Shown in pieces: positions 1 through 8,829 of a stretch of DNA of 11,761 bases. The stretch lies in the IMG/VR virus record IMGVR_UViG_2617271050_000004; one strand, written 5' to 3'. Source of the DNA: a virus (taxonomy: Duplodnaviria; Heunggongvirae; Uroviricota; Caudoviricetes). Numbering within the stretch: position 1 is the stretch's first letter; every line of letters starts with the position of its first letter. A model generated the notes under the pieces. It saw only the letters and a program-made list of their open reading frames with translations. It was not told the origin of the DNA and did no database searches. The position numbers and the translations under genes are program-made.

Positions 1-258
1 ATGCAAACCGTTATTTTTGGTCGTTCGGGTTGCCCTTACTGTGTGCGTGCAAAAGATCTGGCTGAGAAATTGAGCAATGAACGCGATGATTTTCAGTATC
101 AGTATGTAGATATTCGTGCGGAAGGGATCACTAAAGAAGATCTACAACAAAAGGCAGGTAAACCCGTAGAAACCGTGCCGCAGATTTTTGTCGATCAGCA
201 ACATATCGGCGGCTATACCGATTTTGCTGCATGGGTGAAAGAAAATCTGGACGCCTGA
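1..258 (+). CDS. grxA: glutaredoxin 1 (85 aa)
   Basis: Complete ORF from ATG at 1 to TGA at 256-258. The translation carries the CPYC redox motif (GRSGCPYCVRAK) and reads as E. coli glutaredoxin 1 from memory. A hairpin follows immediately downstream. Confidence 0.93.
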   Translation: MQTVIFGRSGCPYCVRAKDLAEKLSNERDDFQYQYVDIRAEGITKEDLQQKAGKPVETVPQIFVDQQHIGGYTDFAAWVKENLDA

Positions 259-267
259 TCGTCTGAC

Positions 268-300
268 AAGCCCTCGCGTTGAGGGCTTTACTGATTTTTT
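268..300. terminator. Candidate bidirectional intrinsic terminator between convergent grxA and ybjM
   Basis: Inverted repeat AAGCCCTC (268-275), loop GCGTT, GAGGGCTT (281-288), followed by a T-rich tract ending TTTTTT (295-300). It sits between the grxA stop (258) and the ybjM stop (288-290). Confidence 0.4.
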
Positions 301-665
301 CTGTGCTGTGGTTTAAACAAACTACTGATAAATAAGAAACACAGTGCCCCCAGCGCACACCAGAACACCGCGCTTAGTAACCATGCCAGCTCTTGCCAGA
401 ATGAGCGCGTCGGTGAAAAAAACAGCCGCATAATGAGCATCGAACAGGGTGCCGCCAGCATTGCGCCAAACAGAGGTTTCAGGACTTCTCTACGCTGTGA
501 AAAGAAGCTGGCGACTGCTCCAGGAAGAATGAAAAATAGCAAGCCGATTTCAGGATGCCCGGCAGCCCGAAAAGCGCCTTTCATGTGCGTCGCCAGAAAA
601 AGGCACACCACAATGAAGAGGACAAAACAGCAGATTGCCCCCGCCCAACGTTGTTTATGTTTCAC
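288..665 (-). CDS. ybjM: small inner-membrane protein YbjM (125 aa)
   Basis: 125-aa minus-strand ORF, strongly hydrophobic with several predicted transmembrane stretches. It is convergent with grxA and divergent from ybjL, as in the E. coli K-12 arrangement recalled from memory. Confidence 0.8.
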   Translation of the reverse strand: MKHKQRWAGAICCFVLFIVVCLFLATHMKGAFRAAGHPEIGLLFFILPGAVASFFSQRREVLKPLFGAMLAAPCSMLIMRLFFSPTRSFWQELAWLLSAVFWCALGALCFLFISSLFKPQHRKNQ

Positions 666-934
666 TCGTTCCTCCTGACACTGCGTCTATCGAACACATT
701 TTTCGCCAGTGTGGCGTTCAGTAAGATAAAGCCGCTTCGCATTCCATGCTAATATAGGCCAACGCAATTCATATAGCCGTTGATACCTAATGTGATTACA
801 CTAGTAAAATATATTGTTACTTTACTATCGTTTAGGTGCGCTGAATGAATCTGCGCCCTGAATTCTGGTAAAAAACATTATCGTAAATTACCATTTCTTT
901 CAACAGCTTACTAGTAAACAAGAAGTTAGCCTCC

Positions 935-2620
935 GTGAATATAAACGTCGCCGAATTGTTAAATGGGAATTACATTCTGTTATTATTTGTGGTCCTCGCG
1001 CTTGGGCTATGTCTCGGAAAGTTACGACTTGGTTCGATCCAACTGGGTAATTCCATTGGCGTTTTAGTCGTATCGCTGTTATTAGGCCAACAACATTTCA
1101 GCATTAACACCGATGCGCTTAATCTTGGCTTTATGCTGTTTATTTTCTGCGTCGGGGTCGAAGCCGGACCGAACTTTTTTTCCATTTTTTTTCGCGATGG
1201 GAAAAATTACCTAATGTTAGCACTGGTGATGGTAGGCAGTGCGCTGGTCATCGCCTTAGGGTTAGGTAAGCTGTTTGGCTGGGATATTGGCCTGACGGCC
1301 GGTATGTTAGCAGGCTCTATGACGTCGACACCGGTTCTGGTCGGTGCTGGCGATACACTGCGTCATTCCGGCATGGAAAGCAGGCAGCTCTCACTGGCAC
1401 TGGATAATCTGAGCCTCGGGTATGCCTTAACCTATTTAATCGGTCTGGTGAGTTTGATTGTTGGTGCGCGTTACTTGCCGAAATTGCAGCATCAGGACTT
1501 ACAGACCAGCGCCCAGCAAATCGCCCGCGAACGTGGCCTGGACACTGATGCCAACCGTAAGGTTTATTTACCGGTGATCCGCGCCTATCGCGTCGGCCCG
1601 GAACTGGTGGCCTGGACCGACGGCAAAAATCTGCGTGAACTGGGTATTTATCGACAAACCGGCTGCTACATTGAACGTATTCGACGTAACGGGATTCTGG
1701 CAAATCCAGACGGTGATGCCGTGCTACAAATGGGCGATGAAATAGCGTTGGTAGGCTATCCCGACGCCCATGCCCGACTCGATCCCAGCTTCCGTAACGG
1801 TAAAGAAGTTTTCGATCGTGACCTTCTCGACATGCGTATCGTCACTGAAGAAGTGGTCGTTAAAAACCATAACGCTGTAGGTAAACGTCTCGCACAACTG
1901 AAGTTGACCGATCACGGTTGCTTCCTTAACCGCGTCATTCGTAGCCAGATTGAGATGCCGATAGATGACAACGTCGTGCTTAACAAAGGTGACGTTTTAC
2001 AAGTCAGCGGCGATGCCCGCCGCGTAAAAACCATCGCCGATCGCATCGGCTTTATCTCGATTCACAGCCAGGTCACTGACCTGCTGGCATTCTGCGCCTT
2101 CTTTGTTATTGGGCTGATGATCGGGATGATCACCTTCCAGTTCAGCACATTCAGTTTCGGCATGGGGAACGCTGCCGGGTTGTTATTCGCCGGAATTATG
2201 CTGGGCTTTATGCGTGCTAACCACCCGACCTTCGGTTACATTCCGCAGGGTGCATTAAGCATGGTGAAAGAGTTCGGCTTGATGGTGTTTATGGCAGGCG
2301 TTGGTCTGAGCGCCGGTAGCGGTATTAATAACGGCCTGGGCGCGATTGGCGGTCAGATGTTGATTGCCGGATTGATTGTCAGTCTGGTGCCCGTGGTTAT
2401 CTGTTTCTTGTTCGGTGCTTATGTATTGCGAATGAACCGCGCGCTGTTGTTCGGCGCAATGATGGGCGCACGTACCTGCGCGCCGGCAATGGAGATCATC
2501 AGTGATACAGCTCGCAGTAACATCCCGGCGCTGGGCTATGCGGGCACCTATGCAATCGCCAACGTCCTGCTGACGCTGGCAGGGACAATCATCGTCATGG
2601 TATGGCCAGGATTAGGATAA
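935..2620 (+). CDS. ybjL: putative AAE-family transporter YbjL (561 aa)
   Basis: 561-aa ORF with a GTG start at 935 (MNINVAELL...). It has hydrophobic N- and C-terminal membrane domains around a central soluble region, the architecture of YbjL/YidE-type aspartate:alanine-exchanger family proteins. Length and sequence match E. coli YbjL from memory. Confidence 0.88.
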
Positions 2621-2731
2621 AACTGAAGTTGCCCTGAAAATGAAATTTTTTTGCACAACCGCAGAACTTTTCCGCAGGGCATCAGTCTTAATTAGTGCCA
2701 CTGCTTTTCTTTGATGTCCCCATTTTGTGGA

Positions 2732-2775
2732 GCCCATCAACCCCGCCATTTCGGTTCAAGGTTGATGGGTTTTTT
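2732..2775 (+). terminator. Candidate rho-independent terminator downstream of ybjL
   Basis: Perfect 10-bp inverted repeat CCCATCAACC (2733-2742) and GGTTGATGGG (2760-2769) with a 17-nt loop that can form a further CCG/CGG sub-stem, followed directly by TTTTTT (2770-2775). Confidence 0.5.
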
Positions 2776-2855
2776 GTTGCCTGAAATTTAAGCTATTTAA
2801 AATCATGATGTTAGAAGCACTATTTTTTAACGATGGCGACAAAATGGCGGCAGCG

Positions 2856-3074
2856 TCAAAGAGAGAGCGCCACCTGTCCTGATTTCATTGGATGCGGCTG
2901 AACCGGATTTGACTCTTTTGGCGTTGCAATCGAACGAACAAAAGTTTCATGGGTAACAAAAGTATGGCTGCAGTTAATGTTCTGGCACTGGTTGTAACGC
3001 TCTTTGGTCAATGAAGATACCTGAAAACTGCTGCGAGTATGGGCGGCACTTCCACACAGTGGGCAAATCATCAT
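2856..3074 (-). CDS. ogr: Ogr/Delta-family zinc-finger late-gene transcription activator (about 72 aa)
   Basis: Translation MICPLCGSAAHTRSS...ERYNQCQNINCSHTF has the C-x2-C...C-x4-C zinc-finger pattern of P2 Ogr. I place the start at ATG 3072-3074 rather than the upstream GTG at 3107, because GGGGAGA lies about 9 nt upstream of that ATG and the resulting length matches Ogr. It is the last gene of the tail block, as in P2. Confidence 0.85.
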   Translation of the reverse strand: MMICPLCGSAAHTRSSFQVSSLTKERYNQCQNINCSHTFVTHETFVRSIATPKESNPVQPHPMKSGQVALSL

Positions 3075-3164
3075 TTTTCGAGTTCTCCCCATTTTTGCTA
3101 AATTCACAATAATGATACCGCATTATTCCATTTTGCAAACTTAAAAGTTCTCCATTGCGAAGAA

Positions 3165-4265
3165 TCATTCCATTTCGAAATCATCAATCCTCACTTCAAG
3201 CTCCAGACTGGTTGTAAAACCGTTATCGGGGCTGACGGTATGCGTCAGAGTCGTAATGGTCCATTCCGCATCATCTATCGGCTGTTTAAAGCCACTGACT
3301 TTCACTGGCATTTCCGTGTAGAGATCTGCCCGACCTTCTGCCAGTAGTAGCGAGAATGACGCAACGCCGCGTTGCAGGCGTTCCCACTGCATTTTCGCCG
3401 CCCGTTCGGCGTTGCTCCGGTTGGCATAAGTGCGATTAAGTACCAGCACGTTTTCATCCGTACCCACCAGGTAATCGCCCTGCTTCGCTTCCGGCTCTTT
3501 CTTCTGCTTCTTAGTCCTGCGCTTACGCTTCACCGTGGTGCTTTCTTTCTTCGCGGGTTCGCGGGTATGCAACCAGCTGGCAATTACGCCCGTGTAGGCT
3601 CCGCGATCTGCCAGGGTAAAGCGGTGACTGTCGCCGTCCTTACGTGTGATAGTGATAACCGGTAGTGGTTTACCGCTGGCGCTTTTACCCTGTCCCTGCC
3701 GGATGAATAACAGATTGCCATTTTTCACCGACGCAATAGCACCGTACTGGCGCGCCAGCCGCATCAGAAAACTGCCGTCACTCTCATTGGTCTGGTCTAT
3801 ATGCTCCACGGGTTTATCCGACAGGTCTTCACCCAATGCCATCTTCAGTTTGTGCCGCGCAGATATTTCCTTCACCACTTCCCCAACGGTGGTCTTGTGC
3901 CACGATTTTTCACGGCGGGTATTCAGCGTTTCACGAAAATCAGCACTTCGCGCCCGGATAGTCAGGCGGTCCGGTGCGCCAGTGTGTTCAATCTCGTCCA
4001 CCGTGAATGCCCCTTTCGGGAAAAGCGGCTGCCCCTTCCACCCCAGCGCCAGCGTAATGACCGCACCACGGCGCGGCAGCACGATTTTTCCGTCGGCGTC
4101 GTCCAGCTCCAGATCAAGCTGGTCCGCTTCAAATCCCCGATTGTCCGTCAGCGTCAGACTCATCAGGCGGTTATCCAGCACAGTAGTGATATCCCTGCCC
4201 TCAATACTGATGCTGAATGCGGGAGTTTTGTTGCCTTTGTTAAGCAGTTCAGAGCTGAAATTCAC
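3165..4265 (-). CDS. D: tail protein D (late control gene D family, 366 aa)
   Basis: Translation recognised as P2 gpD family. Position between U and ogr matches P2 order. The start overlaps the U stop by 4 nt. Confidence 0.88.
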   Translation of the reverse strand: MNFSSELLNKGNKTPAFSISIEGRDITTVLDNRLMSLTLTDNRGFEADQLDLELDDADGKIVLPRRGAVITLALGWKGQPLFPKGAFTVDEIEHTGAPDRLTIRARSADFRETLNTRREKSWHKTTVGEVVKEISARHKLKMALGEDLSDKPVEHIDQTNESDGSFLMRLARQYGAIASVKNGNLLFIRQGQGKSASGKPLPVITITRKDGDSHRFTLADRGAYTGVIASWLHTREPAKKESTTVKRKRRTKKQKKEPEAKQGDYLVGTDENVLVLNRTYANRSNAERAAKMQWERLQRGVASFSLLLAEGRADLYTEMPVKVSGFKQPIDDAEWTITTLTHTVSPDNGFTTSLELEVRIDDFEME

Positions 4266-4747
4266 GACAGCAGCCCTCCCACCGTTTTACTGATATCGCT
4301 TAATGCAGACGTTGCCGTGTCCTGCAGATTATTCAGTTGAGTACTGAGATCACCGAACATATCGGACAGGGATTCATCCACCCGTTTTAGCGAAAGGGTG
4401 AACTCAATCCTGCGCGGCATACCGTCGCGGAAAAACTCCGTTTTAGTCTGATTCAGTCCCTCAATCACATACATGCCGTAAATCGTGCCGCTGCCTTCAA
4501 TCAGGGGCCATGCTTTCCCCTGTTCTGCCATCTGCTCCAGTGCCAGCAACGACAGCCTGCCGCCTGTTATTTCCGGCATAAGAACACCGGAAAGCGTCAG
4601 CATGTCGTTTTCCGGTCCCAGAAACTGCGTGGACGGACGTCGGTTTACCCGACTGTTTGCCGCATGTCGCCAGCTGCGTTGATACTGCAGTTCCTGATAC
4701 GGAACGGTGCGCAGCATAAACACGTACAATCCCAGCACCATCATCAT
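4262..4747 (-). CDS. U: tail protein U (161 aa)
   Basis: Size and position between T and D match P2 gpU. Four-nt overlaps with both neighbours indicate translational coupling. Confidence 0.82.
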   Translation of the reverse strand: MMMVLGLYVFMLRTVPYQELQYQRSWRHAANSRVNRRPSTQFLGPENDMLTLSGVLMPEITGGRLSLLALEQMAEQGKAWPLIEGSGTIYGMYVIEGLNQTKTEFFRDGMPRRIEFTLSLKRVDESLSDMFGDLSTQLNNLQDTATSALSDISKTVGGLLS

Positions 4748-7700
4748 GCGTCGTATCCCCCCTGATCGCTGTAGTTACTCCTGGCTTTTGCCTTCAGCCT
4801 GCGTTCACGTTCATCAAGCTGGCGTGCCACCTCCCGCGCAATATCCTGCGCACTTTGTCCTGGCTGCGTCTGAATGATGATCTGCGTCGGTGCCTCAATC
4901 CGTTGAACGAGCGGCACAGTGGCTGCGCGACTCACAATTGCTTCTCCACCTTTCGCGGGAAGTGCCAAAGGGTGCAATGGTGGAAGCTCTGCTGGCGCGG
5001 CAGCAACGCCCATCATTCCGGCAACAACGGCAGCCAGTGCAGCTGTATTTCTCCGGCTGGTCACATTTGCCGGGCCGTTAACAATTTCCGGCCCGTTTTC
5101 ACCGACGATGCCAAACTGCCCGCGCGGGATATACCCGCCGCTGTCATACATCCCCGCAAAGCCATATCCCCATGATGGAAAACCACCCGATGGCATCATC
5201 ACTTTACCGTCTGCATTCACCGTCGCAGGTTGCTGACGCGTCACGCTTTCCGGCAGTTTTGCCTTTGCGGCCTCTTTACTGACAATGCCGAGCTTCTCCA
5301 GCAACCAGGAAACGCCGGATTTCAGGGAGTCCAGCGGATGCATGACCATATTCAGCCCTTCCGCCAGTGCCTCCCCGAATCGCCGCCCCATTGCCGCTGC
5401 GCTCTGCAGTTCGGCAGAGGTCGACTTAACGGGCGTCAGCAGATCAGTAAACCAGCCCCACAGCGCCTGCACTTTGTCGCCAATCCACTGGAACACGGGC
5501 TTAAGCGGTTCGAACGCTGCACTGATGGGACCTGCCGCCGCTTTGAATCCTTCCACCACGCCACCGAGAAATGCGGTGATGGGTTGCCAGTATTTCCAGA
5601 CAACCAGCGCCACGCCCGCCAGTGCAGTAACCACAAGACCTATCGGACTGAGCAGAGCACCTAACAGACCAGATATGGCATACAGGGCAACGCGCAGCAT
5701 CGCCAGTGGACCAGATGCCAGTACTCGCAGCACCGTGCCTGCGGCGGCCAGTCCACCGCGCAGTACCGCCAGAGGATTCATAAACATCACAGCAACAGCA
5801 CGTAAACCGGATAATCCAGACCGCAAAAGTGCAACCGGCGCACCTGCTACAGTTTTCAGGACATTTCCCGTCAGTGATGCCGTGCGGCGCAAAGACGACA
5901 ACGGCGCAGTAAGTAAACCTGCGGCGTTGCCCGATGAAGCAAGCCCGCGTCGCAGCAGTGCCAGTGGCGCGCCAGCCAGCCAGGACAACGCGCTGCTGGT
6001 TCGAGTTACTGCTGCCGTAACGGAAGATAACGTTTTGATACCCAACACAGAGAATCCCAGACGGATCACTGCTAGCGGCCCCAGCACTGCAGCCAGCGCC
6101 ACCGCTAAGGTGCCGAGGCCGACGGTAACCGCAGCCACAACAGCCGATGCTTTCATCAGTGTGCCTGTCAGTTCCGGGTTAGCTTCCACCCAGCGACGCA
6201 ACGCCCCCGTGACGCTTTTCACCGTGTACAGAATATCCATCAGCGGCTGGCGCAGCGTTTCGCCCAGGCTGCTGAAGGTGTTCTGCGCTCCGGTTTTGAC
6301 CAGCAACCACTGCGCAGAAAGTGAATCCTTGTTAATGTCGGATTCTTTCTGCATGGAGCCGAGCGCATCATTGCCCGCTGTCAGTTTTAACTGACGCTGC
6401 AGTTCCGGCAGGTTGTTTGCCAGTTTCGCCGCGTCATCGCCAAACTCTTTACCAAACAACATAGTCATGGCAGACAGGCGCTTGTCCTGCGGCAGCGCGT
6501 TTACCTTCTCCAGCACGCGCTGGATGGTTCCCATCGCATCCTTCGTCATCTGCTTTTCAATCACTTCAGGATTGAGTTTCAGCAGATTCATCCCTTCAAA
6601 GAAACTCTTGCTTTGCATGGTGGCAATGGACAATTCACGCACCATCGCGTTTGCTGCACTGGCTGCAACCTCTGGCGCAGCGCCCAGTGTCAGGAAGGTG
6701 GAACCCAGCGCCGCCGCTTTACGATAATCCAGACGGTCAGCCACACCGCCCAGACGTTGCATCACATCAATGATGTCTGCCCCTTTCGACATGGCGTTAT
6801 CATCCAGATAGTTCAGCGCATCACCGAGCTGTTCAATATTGCGGGTGGGGATTTTGTAGAGCTGGGCGATTTTCCCCAGACTTTCTGACAGTTCATCCGC
6901 TGGCAGCTCAAAGGCTGTTGCCGCCTTTGCTGCCGTACTGGCGAAGGCCAGCAGGTCACGTTTCTGATCTTCCCAGCTGTCGTCAGGGTTTGCGACGTTC
7001 ATGCGCGCACCACCTTCAACCAGTGCAGCGAAGTCCACCGCACCGTTTTCCATCGGCAACTGTTCGCTGGCAGCCTTGATGGCATCCTGCATTTCATAAA
7101 AACGTGCAGTGCGGTTGCCATTATCGTCACGCAGACCATTGACCTGCTTTGCCACACCTTTCATGGCATCTTCCATGCTGGTATAGCTTTTTACTGCCGC
7201 CATCACTGGCGCACCCATTGCCAGCCCTGCAGCCGTGGTGGTGGCTCCGGCACCTGCAATACGATCACGCACCTCCAGCGAACGGGCATAACTGGCACGC
7301 GCCGCATTCATCCTGCGCTGAGCTTCACCCAGTCGCTTCAGCCGCGCCTCCTGTTTCGAAAGCTCCTGGTTATAACGTGATGTTTCACGGGCTAAACGGG
7401 CAGTTGCTCCTGCATCGTCTTTCGCAGAAATTCCCGCCCGGTACAGTTCAGCACGCACAAGCGCCGTCTGCTGCTGCAGCTTTTTCTGGCGTTCTTCCAG
7501 GCGCTGAACAGCCAGCCGTTGACGGCCCAGAGCAACAACCTGACGTTGCGAAGGCGGCCCCATCGCTCCCAGTTCCTGACTGAGCAAATTTGCACGCTGG
7601 CGGGCATAGTTCAGCCTGTCGCCTAATTTCTGATTTTCTGCCTGCAGCTTTCGGAAGCTGTCCAGACTGCTCCCGGCCTGATCAAGCTGCTTTATTGCAT

Positions 7701-7821
7701 CGCGGGATTTTTTGACAGCAGCAGCCAGTTCTCTTGAACTGGCCTGTGCAGATCGAAATGGGCGGGTGAGCTTGTCAACCGCATTAAGAATGACCTGCAG
7801 ACGCAGGTTGTTATCACTCAT
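4744..7821 (-). CDS. T: tail tape measure protein T (1025 aa)
   Basis: Long ORF with a charged, coiled-coil-like N-terminal third, a hydrophobic Ala/Leu/Gly-rich middle with degenerate short repeats (APLALLRRGL, APVALLRSGL, NPLAVLRGGL, GPLAMLRVAL) and a Gly-rich C-terminus. This is typical tape measure architecture, and the gene lies immediately after E/E' as in P2. Confidence 0.9.
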   Translation of the reverse strand: MSDNNLRLQVILNAVDKLTRPFRSAQASSRELAAAVKKSRDAIKQLDQAGSSLDSFRKLQAENQKLGDRLNYARQRANLLSQELGAMGPPSQRQVVALGRQRLAVQRLEERQKKLQQQTALVRAELYRAGISAKDDAGATARLARETSRYNQELSKQEARLKRLGEAQRRMNAARASYARSLEVRDRIAGAGATTTAAGLAMGAPVMAAVKSYTSMEDAMKGVAKQVNGLRDDNGNRTARFYEMQDAIKAASEQLPMENGAVDFAALVEGGARMNVANPDDSWEDQKRDLLAFASTAAKAATAFELPADELSESLGKIAQLYKIPTRNIEQLGDALNYLDDNAMSKGADIIDVMQRLGGVADRLDYRKAAALGSTFLTLGAAPEVAASAANAMVRELSIATMQSKSFFEGMNLLKLNPEVIEKQMTKDAMGTIQRVLEKVNALPQDKRLSAMTMLFGKEFGDDAAKLANNLPELQRQLKLTAGNDALGSMQKESDINKDSLSAQWLLVKTGAQNTFSSLGETLRQPLMDILYTVKSVTGALRRWVEANPELTGTLMKASAVVAAVTVGLGTLAVALAAVLGPLAVIRLGFSVLGIKTLSSVTAAVTRTSSALSWLAGAPLALLRRGLASSGNAAGLLTAPLSSLRRTASLTGNVLKTVAGAPVALLRSGLSGLRAVAVMFMNPLAVLRGGLAAAGTVLRVLASGPLAMLRVALYAISGLLGALLSPIGLVVTALAGVALVVWKYWQPITAFLGGVVEGFKAAAGPISAAFEPLKPVFQWIGDKVQALWGWFTDLLTPVKSTSAELQSAAAMGRRFGEALAEGLNMVMHPLDSLKSGVSWLLEKLGIVSKEAAKAKLPESVTRQQPATVNADGKVMMPSGGFPSWGYGFAGMYDSGGYIPRGQFGIVGENGPEIVNGPANVTSRRNTAALAAVVAGMMGVAAAPAELPPLHPLALPAKGGEAIVSRAATVPLVQRIEAPTQIIIQTQPGQSAQDIAREVARQLDERERRLKAKARSNYSDQGGYDA

Positions 7822-8250
7822 CGTTGGCCCCGCTTCTCTGAATCGCTTTATACCGCCATTCCAGCACTTCGGTCAGCGGCATAACGTCAGTAACGGATGG
7901 CGGCCAGTGAAAAATGGTGGCGATATCTGCCACCAGATCGTCAACCGTCAGGCTGTCGGCAAACCGGCAAGCACCGACTTCTTCAACAAAAAAGTGACAA
8001 CCTCAACCGACATGGCAGTGAGATCTGCCGGGTCCATCTCTGCAATTTCCTGTGCAGTCAGTGCCGGACTGGAGATGCGGGGGATCACGGTCATCATCGC
8101 GTTTACATCCATATCCATAATGGCCTGCAGGCGTGTACCGCGCAGCGCACCGGACTGCGGTTTACGCAGCACAATTTCGGTGATTTCTGTTTTACCGCGC
8201 TTGATGGGGGTATCCAGTTGAATGGTCTTTTCAGTCTGCTTATCGCTCAT
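7814..8250 (-). CDS. E+E': tail assembly chaperone E+E' (about 145 aa), made by programmed -1 ribosomal frameshift at 7987-7993
   Basis: On the minus strand the zero-frame codons ACT TTT TTG form the heptamer T_TTT_TTG. After a -1 slip the reading frame stays open for 57 codons (VEEVGACRFADSLTVDDLVADIATIFHWPPSVTDVMPLTEVLEWRYKAIQRSGANDE) and ends at TGA 7814-7816, overlapping the T start codon (7819-7821). I translated this by hand from the sequence. Confidence 0.75.
7948..8250 (-). CDS. E: tail assembly chaperone E (100 aa, zero-frame product)
   Basis: Small ORF between FII and T, the position of P2 gene E. It contains the slippery heptamer near its 3' end. Confidence 0.82.
   Translation of the reverse strand: MSDKQTEKTIQLDTPIKRGKTEITEIVLRKPQSGALRGTRLQAIMDMDVNAMMTVIPRISSPALTAQEIAEMDPADLTAMSVEVVTFLLKKSVLAGLPTA
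7987..7993 (-). other. Programmed -1 frameshift slippery heptamer TTTTTTG (plus strand CAAAAAA)
   Basis: Exact X_XXY_YYZ heptamer in the E zero frame. It sits where the E/E' (lambda G/GT-like) frameshift is expected, about 87 codons into E. Confidence 0.75.
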
Positions 8251-8304
8251 TTTGCTGTCCTGTCAATTGGGTTCTGGCGCGGTATCCCGCGCCGTTCAGA
8301 TATA

Positions 8305-8820
8305 TCAGAGGCCGAGGGCGTTGCGGTGCGCTTCCATCAGGTCCACACCGTCCACAATTTCCACCATGTTGATAAGGTCCACTTCATAGAGCACCTCACC
8401 ATTGATGGTCAGCTTCGCGTAGCTGTTGGTACTGGTCACTTTGGTGGTGTTGCTTTCGCCCGTCTTCCACTCGCCGGAATCCACTTCTTTGTGACGTCCA
8501 CGCACGACAAGCTCCACGGCCTGCACTTCCCCGGTATCGTCACGCTGAATAGAGCCGGTAAAGCGCAGCTGGATGCCATCCACCGTGGCTTTACCCATCT
8601 GTTTAAACAGCAGCAATTCAGTACCACCAATGGAAAATTCTGTGTCCAGCGCACTGTCATCAAGCCCCAGGTCCACATCCACCGCACCCGGCATTCCGCC
8701 GCCGCGATACTTCTCATATTTGCGGGTAAATTTCGGCAGCGTCAGCGACTCAACGATCCCCTGCCAGTTGTTCCCGTCGTTAAACAGGTTCAGGTGTTTT
8801 AATTTGCGTGGTAAAGCCAT
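8305..8820 (-). CDS. FII: tail tube protein FII (171 aa)
   Basis: Translation MALPRKLKHLNLFNDG... recognised as P2 FII family. It lies immediately downstream of FI with a 9-nt spacer. Confidence 0.9.
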   Translation of the reverse strand: MALPRKLKHLNLFNDGNNWQGIVESLTLPKFTRKYEKYRGGGMPGAVDVDLGLDDSALDTEFSIGGTELLLFKQMGKATVDGIQLRFTGSIQRDDTGEVQAVELVVRGRHKEVDSGEWKTGESNTTKVTSTNSYAKLTINGEVLYEVDLINMVEIVDGVDLMEAHRNALGL

Positions 8821-8829
8821 GTTGTCCCC

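Noticed and set aside
131-752. Short ORFs antisense to or overlapping grxA and ybjM (131-358 minus, 433-678 plus, 555-752 plus)
   Set aside because: They overlap conserved backbone genes on the opposite strand or in other frames. The region is explained by grxA and ybjM.
788-812. Possible CRP-like half-site TGTGATTACAC in the ybjM-ybjL divergent region
   Set aside because: Only one TGTGA half is present and the second half matches about 2 of 5 positions. Too weak to call.
800-918. 9-bp direct repeat ACTAGTAAA at 800-808 and 910-918 in the ybjM-ybjL intergenic region
   Set aside because: A single short exact repeat in AT-rich promoter DNA with no flanking structure. It could be chance or a duplicated operator and cannot be distinguished by eye.
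970-1915. Minus-strand ORFs of 71, 128 and 63 aa inside ybjL
   Set aside because: Antisense to ybjL, which is a long, well-supported transporter gene.
2621-2855. Looked for a tRNA gene, the canonical P2 attP core and a small ORF (ATG at 2640, about 18 codons) in the ybjL-ogr spacer
   Set aside because: No cloverleaf-compatible sequence and no convincing match to the P2 core as I recall it. The mini-ORF has no RBS and is too short to support. The att site is left unresolved rather than guessed.
2974-3168. 64-aa minus-strand ORF overlapping ogr in another frame
   Set aside because: Out-of-frame overlap with ogr, which has the zinc-finger signature and a good RBS. This ORF has neither.
3646-4340. 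Plus-strand ORFs of 215 and 179 aa antisense to gene D
   Set aside because: Antisense to D, Ser/Arg/Pro-rich low-complexity translations, no start context.
5285-6394. 369-aa plus-strand ORF inside the tape measure gene, with neighbouring plus-strand ORFs at 4855-5236 and 5230-5664
   Set aside because: Antisense to a well-supported gene in GC-rich DNA. The translations are low-complexity Ala/Ser/Pro/Arg-rich with no RBS or recognisable domain. Typical spurious antisense ORFs.
7897-8802. 301-aa plus-strand ORF spanning E, the E-FII spacer and FII on the opposite strand
   Set aside because: It crosses two real minus-strand genes and their intergenic spacer. The His/Cys/Arg-rich translation has no recognisable fold and the region is fully explained by E and FII.
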